Part shown: in pieces, positions 1-12,338 of the stretch
Position numbering within the stretch: the stretch's first letter is position 1
How the letters are laid out: each line of letters starts with the position of its first letter
Assembly: GCA_052327205.1 (NCBI GenBank)
Contig: CM126228.1
Span: 14,260,001 to 14,324,000 of the forward strand
From: Somniosus microcephalus
Lineage: Eukaryota
Reading direction: 5' to 3'
Length of the DNA stretch: 64,000 bases
Made by a program: the position numbers and the translations under genes
The notes under the pieces: generated by a model
What the model was told of the DNA's origin: nothing
The model's database searches: none
Seen by the model: only the letters and a program-made list of their open reading frames with translations

Positions 1-665
1 AAGTGGAGCGATACATGTTATTATGGTTTATTTTTGCAAATGAGCGCATTTGGGGCTCGTGATTTGGGCCATGAACGTATATTTTAACCATCCCCACTAA
101 CCTACAACCCCACTTTCCCGACACAAAGCTAAATTTCTCATCCCAAGCCCTGGACACATTGAGGCTGTGGAGCTTACTTTGCTCTTTGGAATTCTCCTCC
201 GTAACCCCACCCTCTTGCCGTATCTCTCAAACCCCACCTGTTTGGCCCCAACTTCATGTCACCTCCCCATACCTTCCTCCAGTCTCTGCTTGGTGTCTGT
301 TCCCATCGTCCCTCCCTGGAAAGCCTTGAAATCGTTAGCTACACTAAAGACAGTGTAAAAGATCATTGCTGTTTATGCTTGCTGTTGTCGGTTCTAAAGA
401 GGAAGATTTCACAATCTAATTTTAACTGCAATAGACTCATTTTTCATAGACATACCAATCCCGATGTGATTAATCCGTGTCATCATACATACAATGTCCA
501 CACTTGTGTGTAATACCATGGAGTCTGATACTCCTCCCTCACTCACCACCGTATTGGTACAGCGCACAGCCTGCCCAGGAACTGATATCATCTGATTGGC
601 TTTGCTTTCAGTGAACAACATGACATTTGAGCTGCTTTTCAATGTATTTCTTGTTTATGTTTCAG

Positions 666-723
666 AGCCAAATATCTATCCCGATTTTCTAGTGAAAGAA
701 GCAATATTTGAAGCTGAGGACAG
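666..723 (+). CDS. Candidate small internal coding exon of an unidentified host gene (PNIYPDFLVKEAIFEAED)
   Basis: Pyrimidine tract and tttcAG at 664-665; CAG|GTCTAT weak donor at 724; only one of three frames is open. Not TE-like, but the protein is not recognised. Confidence 0.3.
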
Positions 724-1294
724 GTCTATGAATTGAATACTTTATCTTCATTTAAAGGATTATTCAAGTTGCAGTGAGCCAGCACCCTAGCTTCGCCATC
801 CAGTTTTCTTTGAGGTCAAGGGCTAGCTCATATGATGCAATGAGCAGCCGTTCAGCTCTCCATCTATGTAATAATTTCCATTACAACTCCATTATGCAAC
901 AAAGAAAATGTAATAGATTTAATGAATCATTCACTTTATTTAGTGAATCAGGGTTCCTCATTCACAGAATAAATGGGATAGCCCACTGTTGCTCTGTCTG
1001 TCCCCTACTTCCCATTATGTTCTATTACATATTCTGATTCCATGTGCAAACGTAGTCGCAAACTACCATTAAATTAATTAATGTGTTAGTTTTAATTATA
1101 TGGAAATACATTGAAGGAAATGATGCATCTTTATAATGTCATGAGGATCCTGTTATGACATCAGTGATAGTATTATGGCATCACCAAGAAGCTGTTACTG
1201 AACTACAGGGAAATAATTATATGTTAATCTGAGAGTTGGGTTCTCATTTTTATTCACAGCTACCAGGCCTGGTAGGCTAGTTATGCAGCTCAAC

Positions 1295-1630
1295 ACTGAT
1301 GCAAGACTTCTTTGACAGCACCTGCCAAACACGCACCTCCAGCATTTAGAAGGACAGAGGCAGCAGGTGCATGGGAACACCATCAGCTCCAAGATCCCCT
1401 CTAAGTCACACACCATCCACACTTGGACATATATTGCCATTCCTTCATTGTCACTGGGTCAAAATTCTGGAACTCCCTACCTAACAGCATTATGGGATCA
1501 TCTTCACCATACAGACTGCAGTGGTTCACGAAGAAGGCTCACCACCACCTTCTCAAGGGCAAGTAGGGATGGGCAATAAATGCCAACCTTGGCAATGAAG
1601 CCCACATCCCAGGAATGAATTTTTTAAAAA
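1295..1630 (+). mobile_element. 3' end of a LINE (degenerate ORF2 C-terminus and 3' tail)
   Basis: Degenerate ...GSKFWNSLP-type coding remnant followed by the tail ctcaagggcaagtagggatgggcaataaatgcc...cccacatcccaggaatgaat; the same tail ends the SINE at 23500-23815. Confidence 0.7.
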
Positions 1631-1764
1631 TGGGTTATGCATCTCAATGCACAAAATCTGTTCTGAGTGCAATTGGAATTTTGGTAAGTGGTGTGACATC
1701 ACCTTAAGGAAGCAGTCTCAATTGGTTGGTGCTTCGTGTCCACTGTAAGCCATGCAAAATTTAA

Positions 1765-1773
1765 TCTCTCTCC

Positions 1774-1804
<31 letters not shown>

Positions 1805-1806
1805 CA
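1765..1806. repeat. (CT)n(TA)n compound microsatellite
   Basis: Directly visible. Confidence 0.9.
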
Positions 1807-1965
1807 TTTAAATTATAGACCTGGCAGGACAGTCAGCTCACTCAAGTAAGTGGAATTTTGTTTGTGTGTTTAAATAGGTTTGTATAGAGCGGTGTGAGCG
1901 CACAGTATAGATCAGTGCTGCTAGTTCAATACATTCTAAAGTGAGTACCTATTAAACTGTACTTT

Positions 1966-2278
1966 AGCCGGAGTGTCCAAGCTTTTTGTTTTGTGCACCA
2001 CAGAGGTGCAGCATACTATGGGGGAGGCAGGTCACATTAATTTACACATATCTCAAGTTGCTGATACCAACAGACCCAGGTTTTCTGATCTAGAATGTAT
2101 TCACGATGCAGCAACAGTGCTAGGACAACCCTTTCCAAACCTCTTGGCATGCATTTAAACAGCACAAAACAAGGACCAGGAAAAAAAAATAAGGGCAGAT
2201 AGGATTGTGTTGCCTGAGCCGGGTTACAGGGGCTCAGGGGTTATGTGTGGTTCAGGGGCACACCTTAGAGATCACTGG
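1966..2278 (+). mobile_element. Degenerate hAT/Charlie-like non-autonomous element, same family as 17590-17913
   Basis: gtgtccaagc terminus; internal cattaatttacacatatctcaagttgctgataccaacaga matches 17677-17718. Confidence 0.55.
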
Positions 2279-5200
2279 TATAATGTCCATCTCCTGGCAG
2301 CTTTGATATATGACATCAAATGCAGTGCACAAAATCCACTCTCACCAGAAATGAGTGGAACCCAACTGATTGTAACATGCACTCCATACACATTCTAACC
2401 AATGAAAGGAAAGGAAATGCAGTTGATGCATATGTTTTAGCTTGTAAGTTTCCAAATTGTAAAGAGCTGTTTTGGTGATTTGCAAGTGCTGCTAAGATGA
2501 ACTGGAAAACACCTGCACAGAATTCATCCCTGTAAGTTATGGGGATGTGCCAAAGTCTAATGGTATTTGTGAACAAATTGGTGACTATATCGACTAGATT
2601 TAAAAGTTGAATCACATTTAACAAACGCAGCTAACCAATTATCACAGGGCAAACAATCTTCTGACTTTGACTTAAAAGATCTTTGCATTGATGTAGTATT
2701 TCATTGAGTCATCGAAAAGTCTCAAAGCGGTTCACACATTTTGGAGCATTGACTGTTATGTAGGCAAACGTGGCAAGCAATCTTGCAGAGAGTTTGTACT
2801 TAGTTACCTTTCATATTTAGCACAAGAACGAACAACTGAAATATTACTCCGCTTTTTCTCAAAATGTTTACCCATTTAATCAGACATTGAAAGTCTGATG
2901 TGTTAATGATTGTTATGGGTGCAATGCTATTCTAACAACCTCACAGCAAAGTGGAATGGTGCTCCCACCCCTTTATTTAAAGATAAATTCTGATGGACCC
3001 CACAAACAGCAGGCATCAGTTACTATTTATAACCTGATTTAAATTGAAAGTTCATTTTCTATCAAACTCTCCCAAGTCTACCCCATTTTGGCCCTGTGAA
3101 ATCAATAACAAGCAGAAATAAGATTTAAGAAAAGGAAATTCCAGACCCAGCCTGTCCTTTCCTTTTGAAATGCAAAGCTTGGAGAGAAGGATTTGAATCA
3201 TCAATGTCTAAACAACGTTCAAGGGCCGTCCATCAGGTGCAGATGAGATTTGTTCCCCAACCTATTGCCGTCGATCGCATAGAACTAAATCGAGGGAAAC
3301 TTCACTGCGGAACAAAGGCGCCCAACTCCTGTGAGAAACACCCTCCTAATCTGCAAAAACACCTCACGCCGCCCTGAACATTGCAAATCCCTCCACCATC
3401 TGCTACAACCACAGCCAAGCTCCCCAAACAGGAACAAATCAACTCCCCAGACACTGCTAACTCTTCCAGGAGCAAACCAGGATGTCTGCAAAGATGTCTT
3501 GAACAAATTGGTGAGCTGGATTGGATTCTATACTCTCCTCACCAGTTCAGTCTTGCTCCGTTTATCCGGCAGTAATCCTCTATCTTTTTCTTCTTTATCA
3601 AAAATGATTTATGTTGGTATTCATAATGATGGAGATTGATTTTGAGTGCGAATCCATATTTAGATGGCTGTAGTCTTTTCTCCAGAGTTTGGAGGGTGTG
3701 GGGCCAAGTCTTCATTTGTTGTTTTGCTTTAGAGGATGAGTTTATGGGGCAGACGCTTGGATTTGATCAAAGCTTTTTTTTCGACATAAATCTGGTTTGG
3801 ATTTGACGCTGGAGTCTAAGCGTGGAACTCTTCCCTAATTTTCAGAAGTCGCCGAGTCCTTCAACTCTGAGAGAGATAAAGCCTAGAGGTTTCAATTTGA
3901 GCATGGCAACAAAAACAAGTGGACATCTGTTGATCTCTGAAAACCTGGATCTACCAAAGAAGTTTAAGTAGAACATAGCGCAAAGATTACCATGTACCAA
4001 CTGGAGATAATCCTACACTGCATGTGCGCAAAGGGCTGCATCCTAAAATGTGGCGTCATCCAATAAAATCCGTGTCCCACCAGCAGCTTTGATGTACAGC
4101 TTCTCAATATCGTCATTTCATTGCGCTATCCAGGCTGGATTTAATCCATTCCGAACCCCCTTTGTGCTAAACTTCGATTTGCTGAGAACATCTACAGTGA
4201 TTTGCAGCCCTCTTGTACGCTGCTGATTCTATCACATTTAGCCTCAGGAATGTGATAAAACCACGGCGCCTAGGAATTCTGAATCCAACTTCTCTCTGTT
4301 TCCAGGTCTTATCTGGGGTGGGGAAGGGGAGAGAAATGAGGAGAACGGGTACAATGGAAATGGAAAAAAGAAGAGATTAGAGAGAAAACATGTGAGGGAG
4401 ATGGGAGTGGCCAGATCATTTTTGCAAAGTTTTACACCATACAGATTAGGAAAGCACAGAAAGACTCTCATATTAGATGATAGTTCCCATCATTGCATTT
4501 CTTTATTTTAAATTCTGCAGCTTAGCATTGTCTGAGGTTTATATGCACTAAAGATCACCTGACATTTCTATTCTTCATGAATTTTGCACAAACTTCAATT
4601 AAACATTAGAAGCTCCAAATGCACCATTGTACATGTTCTATTCCCTGCATTCTATGTTGAAATCACAGTTCAACGCGCAATCTACCACTGTAACTCATTC
4701 TTTCCCAAACACTGCATAACACTTCACCTTCCCCTTCTTCCCTTTCACCTACAAACGACAAGTCTTAGAATCCAAGTTTGGCTTCAACTAATGACTACCT
4801 CTTCGTTTTTCTTCTCTTTAATGTAAGCCTTGGCCCTTCACAGTTGTTTTTCCAATTTAAATAAAATCAGTGAGGGAACCTTATAAAAAGGTCCATAAAA
4901 CACCAAGCAAAGTCAAACTGATTAATCCAAAGCACTGTTTTAAGTTAAATCACAACTGCAGGAAACGTGGCACAGGAATAAAATGGTAAGATGCAATTTC
5001 AGGGCTCATATCAGGAAACACTTCTCCATACAGAGTGATCAATACCTGAATGATCTCCAAGTGGGATAGTGGAGGCAGAAACTCTGGACGCTGTAATGAA
5101 GGTTTCTATGGAAGGATGAGCTAGATGGGACAAATGGCCTCTCTCATTTAAACTTATCTGTGTGGTACCAAGCGGAATGATGGCTGGGTCACTGATTAGC

Positions 5201-5468
5201 AATCAAGACCAAATTCTGATCAAGTTTATGAAAAGAATTGTTTCCCAAAATGGTGCTTAGCCATTCATGCACCTGCCCATGCCTTTCTACTTCTAATCCT
5301 TTTCATCCCCGTAAGTTACAGCTTGCCTTTACTCTATAGTGCAGTAAAAACACTAGAAACACAGAATGAGAAAATGCCATTCTGTCAATCAATCCCACTC
5401 CTTCACTGAACCATGTTACATTTCCTTCCATAACCCATGTAAATAGCTTGGACTTACTTGTACACTAT

Positions 5469-5839
5469 GGAGTGGGCCTTTGGTGTAGCGGTAGCATCCC
5501 CGCCACTGGGCCAGAAGGCGTAGGGTTTCGAACCCCGCTCCAGACAGTCCCGGCAAGTGGAGTCGGAGCTCCGGCTCTAAATTCTGGGTTGACATCCAGC
5601 GGGATACTTGCGTCCGTGGGTGTGGGTGTGGGTGTGGGTGTGGGTGTCCCCCCCCACCCCCACCCCTCGTATGGGTTGTGGGAGCCCGTAAAACCCTCCC
5701 GCCATAGGACTAACCACCCTAATGGCTGGTACGAAGATGGTTACAGTCACGGAAGGAGCGTTAATTGCGGCCAGAAATCCTTCCACCACTTCATACATTT
5801 CCCCAAAGGGAACAGTGTGAAGACACGTACGACGACGAC
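5469..5839 (+). mobile_element. Young tRNA-derived SINE, copy 1, with (GAC)n tail and 11-bp TSD
   Basis: A-box TGGTGTAGCGG and B-box-like GTTTCGAACC; TSD acttgtacact at 5456-5466 and 5838-5848; near-identical copy at 21626-21970. Confidence 0.9.
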
Positions 5840-6329
5840 TTGTACACTGGACAGCTTTTTCTAGTTCCTTTCCTAGTTCTACAATACCTACGGCACATCA
5901 TCTGCTAAAAGTGAATTTCTAACAGCGTCTGAAGATCGCATGGCACTATTTGAATAAAAGCAGCCAGTTCTCCTGGTGTCTTGTACAATTTGCCCTATCA
6001 TGGACTCTACTCCCCCCACCCCCCTCACCACACACCATTTAATCTTATCTGCAGAAGCTCCAGAATATTCATCCATCTTCACCTATTGGTCACATCTATT
6101 GAACTTTCTTCAACCTTGACTAGGTGCCTTCCACAGATGATAATCTTGACCCAGGAGCACATGATCCATAGATTATAGGGATCTGGGATTTTCTTTCCAG
6201 CTTTGTTCACAGGTCAATAAAACAACTTGTGTCCTGAATTGGGGGAGGGCGGGCAGAGGAGGGAACGAGAAGAAAGATAACATACAGCAAGAGAGTGAGA
6301 GAAGTAATGAGACACAAGACAAACAGTAG

Positions 6330-6598
6330 AATGACAAGAACCTGCATTTAAATAGCATCTTTCACATCCTCAGGATGTCCCAAACTGCTTTACAGCCAAA
6401 GAAGCACTTTTGAAGTGTAATCCCTGTTGATATGTTGCCATATGCAGCAGCCAATCTGTCCATATCGAGGCCCCACAAACAGAAAAGGAGATAAATGACT
6501 AGTTAATCTGTTTTGGTGGTGTTGGTTGAGAGGAGGGGTTTCGTCCAAGACACCAGGAGAACTGGCTGCTCTTATTCAAATAGTGCCATGTGATCTTC
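6330..6598 (-). mobile_element. Deu-domain (SacSINE/AmnSINE-like) SINE, 3' portion
   Basis: Reverse complement matches the body and tail of the plus-strand copies at 57985-58535 and 62470-62950 (gaagagcagggagttctcc...ctttgggacatcctgagg...aaatgca). Confidence 0.75.
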
Positions 6599-7628
6599 AG
6601 ACAGTGTTAAAAATTCATTTTTAGCAGATTCTGTGCCGTAGGTATTGTAGAACTAAGAAAGGAACTAGAAGAAGCTGTTCAGTGTACAAGTAAATCCAGA
6701 CTATTCACTCTGCAGCGACATGGTGCAGTTAGACCTAGATCCAATCCCTCTACAGTGACAATGCATAGATAAATCTTGGTCTATTTTCTCATACTCATGT
6801 CAATTATGGTGCTGTTCTGCACTATCAGTTTTGGACCTTTTCCTGGGTTTCTCAGTACTTATTCCCCAATCAGGTGAGAGTGTTGCATTTGATGTCTTCA
6901 CTCCCATTCAATCCCATTGGCCCACACAGTAATACTCTGAGCATCATGATCATCGATTGTGATTCTGAATCAAAGGATGTCGACTGTAAACCAGGCATCA
7001 GAGTCTGAATGAAAGGTGAGCTCCCTTGGAGCTACAGAGCTGAGTGCAGCAGTAGCCTGGGTTTGAACTCGGACTCGTCTCACTCCAGAAAAAAATGAAA
7101 CTCTGCCCATTTGATCATTAAATAGAGAAAATACAGATTTCTGTGTGTCTTTTCTCGATTATCATATGTTGTTTTCCATTGTTAGTTCTAGAGATCGAGT
7201 TGGCCAATAGCCAATTGGCAAATCTGATTTGAGCATTATATTTGCATAATCACTACAAGCAGATTCTACTTTATTATAAATATGTTTGCCTTTTTCATCC
7301 CATTGTTCTTTTTCTTTCAGACCTCAGTGTCTTGATCTTTTTCCTTATCTCTCGTATCTTTATTGTTCCTTTCAATCCCCTTGTTCCCAGTGATGTGCCT
7401 GGTTTTTCATATTTTTAAACCAGTTGCTTTTTTATGTAATTAACAACTTGATGCTTTAAAGCTGCCCTGACACTCAAACAGGTCAAAAGTTAGGGGTCAG
7501 GAGTTAAAAGTGAGGAAGCTAGGATTACTAAGGGAAGTCATTTGGTACTTATTCACCCAAATGGTGATACAGTTGTAGAATAAGTTACCAAGGAAGGAGA
7601 TTGAAGCCGACAGTATAAATGGGGTCTA

Positions 7629-7935
7629 CAATTAGAAACTCTTTCGTATCCGGCATCGATGGGACCGGGATGGTGCCGGTTGACTAAAAATTCCAGATAC
7701 CGGAGAGGTATATCTACCGAGGCTATTTTTAACAAACAAAAATAAAAAAATCAAGAAATGTGCAGTATAATTGGGTACAGTTTGGAGAACTACCCCCACT
7801 GACTAACTCGGCCACCGCGGGAGACTCAGACTCGGCAACATTTCCGGTTATTGAGGTGTTGTTTTCGGAGTATGAATCTTGCCGGTTATTATAGAATTCT
7901 GGATATTTAGGTGCCGTTTAAACGAGAGTTTCCTG
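7629..7935. mobile_element. Tigger/pogo-like MITE
   Basis: Imperfect TIRs (gaaactctttcgtatccggca / tgccgtttaaacgagagtttcctg) flanked by TA; related copy at 55347-55663. Confidence 0.75.
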
Positions 7936-8636
7936 TATTTGGAGGCAGAATGGGTTTGAGAGATGTTGCTGAGCAGGTGGCTAAGTGGAGTTGAGATCTA
8001 TCAAAAAGAAGATGGGCATGTTGGACCGAATGGCCTTTTCCTGTTCCTAAAAGTTCTTATATTTCAAAGTCCCTCGGGGCTGTGAATCTGACCCCTGTAA
8101 AACCACTTTAGCAAGGATCAGGGCAGATGGGTGTTACAAGGTATTAATTAAGTTGATTAACATCAGGCGATATGGTTTAACAGGTTTATAATTGGTACAT
8201 TTTTCCTTTTCTCACATTACATACAGGACTCTTTGATAATTCTGTCCAAGGGATTAGAGGCGGCATTGTATGGTGGGAGGTGCAGCATCACTTTCAAATA
8301 CTTACAGTGAATATTATTAACTCCAAAAATTCAAATCACAACTGCCGTGTTGTTTTGGGATTGGACAAATAAAAAGGACTAAACCCTGAAATAAATTGAA
8401 CATTGCACTAGCCTCAATAATAGGACATTGGAGTCCCAACCAGAGGTACACAATGTTCTAGGTTTAACCTCAATTGACAGTCACACATGTCCGACTTAAG
8501 TCTGTTGTTGTAGTTTGAGGTAGGCATTGCAATAAAGCAATCATGGTGGGAAAAGAGAAACAGCCAAAGTAAGGTGAACCACCAGTAGTAATAAGAACAC
8601 CCAGCAACTTTTCCCCCTTCCCAACTGGGAAAGATA

Positions 8637-8831
8637 CATGGTGTTAGCAGAGCACCTAAAGGTTGGGGTTGGGAAAGTTTAACATTCTGAATCAATTTTT
8701 AAGTTCAAAAAGGATTGGATTCTGAAGCTGTGGGAAGGTATGTTTAAAATTCCACCACAAGGGATCAGAAACTAAAGTTGGACTCAGTACAATGAAATCA
8801 GGATTGTTGGCAAGAAAGTACAGTTTTGATC
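8637..8831 (+). repeat. ~195-bp direct repeat, copy 1 (copy 2 at 12339-12532)
   Basis: catggtgttagcagagca...ggcaagaaagtacagt(t/c)tgatc is present at both sites with scattered substitutions. Confidence 0.9.
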
Positions 8832-9617
8832 GCACAGCATCTCAGCTGGAGAAGGAGTAGTAGGAGGAAGTGTGTTGTCAAGTCACCCAGAGTGTCCCAG
8901 CTTCCCAAATGGAATAGAAAGTGTCACCAGGGTCGTAGTCACGTTTTTGCTCCAATTCAAGCAGCCACTTGCAACTTTTATCAGTCCTGAGTTGTGGGGA
9001 AGACTAAAGGCTAGGGTGTGCCAAAAGAAATACTGAATGCAAAAGCTGACCACATGTGCAATAAAGATAAGACTTAAAAGAGCTACAACTTGCTAAAATG
9101 TGCATTGGATGTTGCAGTGTTTGTTATGGACAAGAGAGGCAAGTTTGCCACAGTAAAATTTGACCCTACCCCACAGTTCTAAGTGCCGTAGACAACAGTG
9201 ATTAACCGAGGAAATCAGGGAAGATGCTGTTGTCAAGTGACACAGACTGTTCCCCCCTTCCTAACTGGAAAAGATATTCATTACAGCAAAGGAATGGGCA
9301 GTGTTAGTAGAAAAGTTGAAGAATTAGCGTCAGACGCAAATGCTTTAGACCGCACAAAAATTTGTGCTCACTGCTCAATAAAATGATTGGAGTCCAACAT
9401 CGAGTCTTAAAACCCAAGCTCATTGGCTTAAAGAGTGGACCAATATTGGGTGCGGTCTAATCACAATGCATCATTGCCATAGGCTTTTTTCACTACTTAA
9501 CGGGGAGGTTCATTGATGCTGCAGCACCTCATTCTCAGCATTGCTGGCTGTGCAGCTGCCTCAGCAAGTAGCAGCAGGTCAAGGAGAAGATGCCGGAGGA
9601 CTGAAGCAGGTGTGCTC

Positions 9618-11464
9618 ATGGCAGGCCCACGCCCCAGGGAGAGTGCCCACAGATTCTCTGATGAAGCATTGAAGGCATTAGTTTTAGCTGTGGAGAGATG
9701 GAGGACAGTGCTCTACCCGGCAAGTGGCAGGAGGCCCTCGCCACAAGTCTTCCACACCATGTGGAGGGAGGTAGCACAGCACGTCTCGGGCAGTACTGTG
9801 GTCCCCAGGACCCACACACAGTGCAGGAAGAAATTTAACGACCTCACTCGGGTGGTCAGGGTGAGTGAATGCTTCAACAAATGCTACATATCACCACCAT
9901 CTGTACCACAATCTTCTCACACTGCCCAAAGCACCACACCCCCAGCACTCACCCACCAACAATCTCTACCTACCAACACTCACACCCACATCTCACACCT
10001 TGCACACAATGACAACTATTCAAATATGGCAGACATAACACCCAAACACATTGCTCCGCACTCACTCACACACTTTCCTTTCTCTTGCAGGCCAAGGTGG
10101 CTCACAATAGGAGGGAGCAGGAATGCACAAGTGGAGGACAAAACCGACACCCAACCACTGTCTGCGCTGGAGAATCAAGTGCTGGAAATCATTGGGCACC
10201 AAGTGTTGGGTGCCGTGGCCACCGGCGACGTTGACCCCCTTGGTGACAACAATGGTATATTCATCCCTACTCCTTCTTCTCACATCCCGCTTCCCCTCAC
10301 CCTACAAGCGTTTCGCACTTTCCAGCTAATCATGCTGTATGCATGCATTTCTCCCTTCCTGCCCCCCTCCCTTCACTTTAAGCCGACTCTTGTGCCTTTA
10401 TGCTTTCAGATAATCAGCAAGCACTTGAGCAGCTTGTCTCTGAGGGCACCGTAGAGAGCGAGGCGGGAGAAGAGGAGTCACTGCATCTCTCACCCACAGA
10501 CACCAGCTCAGTGTGATACTGGTACTACATGTTCTTTAAAGGCTAGCATTATAGTGGGATCTGCACAGGGTGAGGCACCGGGGACGAGTGGGCTGCAGCA
10601 AGGCCAGGGGGAAAGGGTAGCTCGGGGACTAGCTTCCCAGAGGGTGAGTTCGCATGCGAGTTCTGTTGCACAGGACTCAGGTGAGGACCTCAATGGGGAG
10701 GCACATGGAGATGATAGGTGCAATGGCAAGTGTGCCCAAGAGCCTCTCAGCAATGATAAGGAGCATGGAGGAGTCCGTCTCCAATGTTGCACAAGGCTCT
10801 GTGCATACCATGGAGCCCATCATTTCCAGTCTGCAAAGGATGGTAGACTCCCAGAGAGACTGTGGTGACCCAGACCTGTTGCCCCATGTGATGGGCGATC
10901 TGGCAGCTTCCATTGCAGCACAGGCAAAAGCAACGCAGCATCTTAGTCTGTAGTGCAGTCTAAGGTTGGTGGCATACAATCTCAGACTACTCTCATGCAG
11001 TCTCAGTTTGATGGCACACAAGCTCTGATTGCTGCCATCATGACTGGGTCTGCCACCGTCAACGGGAGCTTTCACGGTGTCGCAGCAGGCCAGCAATCTG
11101 TGCTCTAACAGGTTGCTAGGGATGTTGAGGTGCTGCCCTGGCCGTGGGTCAGTGGAGCAGGAACCTGCTGTCTTCTCTCAGGATGACAACATTCCTGCTC
11201 CCACCACTGCCACTTATCGCTGCCTGTCATCCAGCCAGCCCAGAGTGCTGCCACCCATACTGAGGTGATGCAGTCTACAGCCAGGCCTTCCAGGTGCAGA
11301 GCTGGTCGAGGACATCCTGCAAGGCCATCTGAAGTCTCCTGCATTGCATTCAGCAGCCTTCCACCAGCCATGCTGCAGCCACTGGGCCAACACTTCATAG
11401 GAGCACTAGTGCAGGAAAAGGCACAGTAACGACAGGCACTAAGGGATTGCATAAGGGTGAATAG
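9618..11464 (+). pseudogene. Harbinger Myb/SANT-like DNA-binding protein gene, 3 exons (9618-9860, 10091-10254, 10410-11464), frameshifted
   Basis: Exon 1 encodes MAGPRPRESAHRFSDEALKALVLAVERW...WREVAQHV...RTHTQCRKKFNDL (MSANTD/trihelix signature). GT-AG introns at 9861-10090 and 10255-10409. Frameshifts and stops in exons 2-3. Confidence 0.85.
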
Positions 11465-11542
11465 TTAATATTTTTGGTGTAAATCTGTGTCCACTACTTT
11501 TTGATACATTTATTACTTCATTCTTTTCTGGTGTTGTTCATT

Positions 11543-11776
11543 TCAGAGTTCTGTGACCACCTCCTTGGTGAAGTGGGGCCATCTAATACACTGATCCTAA
11601 CTTAATTGAAGGTAGGAGATGTGCTCTCAGAATACCCTTGGAGGTTAAGGCCTCCTGGTGAGAGCCCTGATGTCCCTCCTCATCTCTCTGCGCATATGTT
11701 CCCGTATTTCTTGCTGCCTACACTCCTTCCGCCATAGATCCTGGTGGGTGAGGTGGCATGCCAGTGCAGCCCCCAT
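11543..11776 (-). pseudogene. N-terminal remnant of a Harbinger (HARBI1-like) transposase; DDE core deleted
   Basis: Minus strand reads MGAALACH...RALTRRP*PPRVF*EHISYLQLS*DQCIRWPHFTKEVVTEL*, resembling the HARBI1-family YPPRVFR...LSEDQCIRRLRF motif, with in-frame stops. Confidence 0.75.
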
Positions 11777-12338
11777 TAACGTTACCAGGTGTACACTCTC
11801 GGGAGCCGCAAGCCTACATTTCATTGTACTGCACTTGTGCACTAACAATGACAATAAAGTTGATTATTATTATTGAATCTTTGAAGAATAAATGTAGCTA
11901 CTTTTTAGTTGCCAGAAGACTCCTGATATAAAAGAACCTTGAAATTACTGAAGGAAACTGTTGCAGTGGGTGAAACTAACAAAAAAACACTGAAACTGCA
12001 CTAACCTGACAGCTGTGAATGATTACTGATGATCCCTTTAAATAACGTCCCTGGAGCCCGCTTCCTGGTACTATACGCCAGCTCTCCCTGTCGGTGTTTA
12101 CTCCAGGTGGTGAGAATCAATTTTGCAAATCGGGTGGTCAGTGAGCATTGCACACTCACTGACATCACGATCTACCTGGCATTGACATTCCCAGCGGTAT
12201 CTCTTACTGGTGGCACTACGGAGGGCCGGATTTGGCATGCAGCGCTGGATTCACCTCGCCCAGGCGATACTGGTCCAGTGCCCCATTAGCGCCATCTATT
12301 GGTGCTAACGGGATGCACTAAGGGGACAAATTTTCCCC

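Larger units (their letters stand above)
5440..6708. repeat. Inverted duplication with ~165-bp arms (left arm 5440-5466 plus 5849-5986, right arm 6543-6708) and a ~555-bp spacer
   Basis: The reverse complement of 6543-6708 aligns with the left arm once the SINE at 5469-5839 and one TSD are removed. Confidence 0.9.

Noticed and set aside
3120-3870. Possible coding region with several overlapping ORFs
   Set aside because: No recognisable protein, no consistent frame and no convincing acceptor.
5474-5545. Functional tRNA gene
   Set aside because: It is the SINE head; I cannot form a proper cloverleaf and no oligo-T terminator follows.
5448-5864. Similar ORFs at 5448-5864 and 21597-21986 as a duplicated protein gene
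   Set aside because: They lie wholly within two copies of a GC-rich SINE with Pol III boxes and TSDs; the ORFs are incidental.
8870-9280. Immunoglobulin/TCR V segments (CCQVTQ-like translation)
   Set aside because: No V-domain Cys/Trp framework and no heptamer-nonamer RSS found.
9513-10454. 313-aa ORF as a single-exon gene
   Set aside because: It reads through two introns (9861-10090, 10255-10409); only the Myb/SANT part and a piece of exon 2 are genuine transposon coding sequence.
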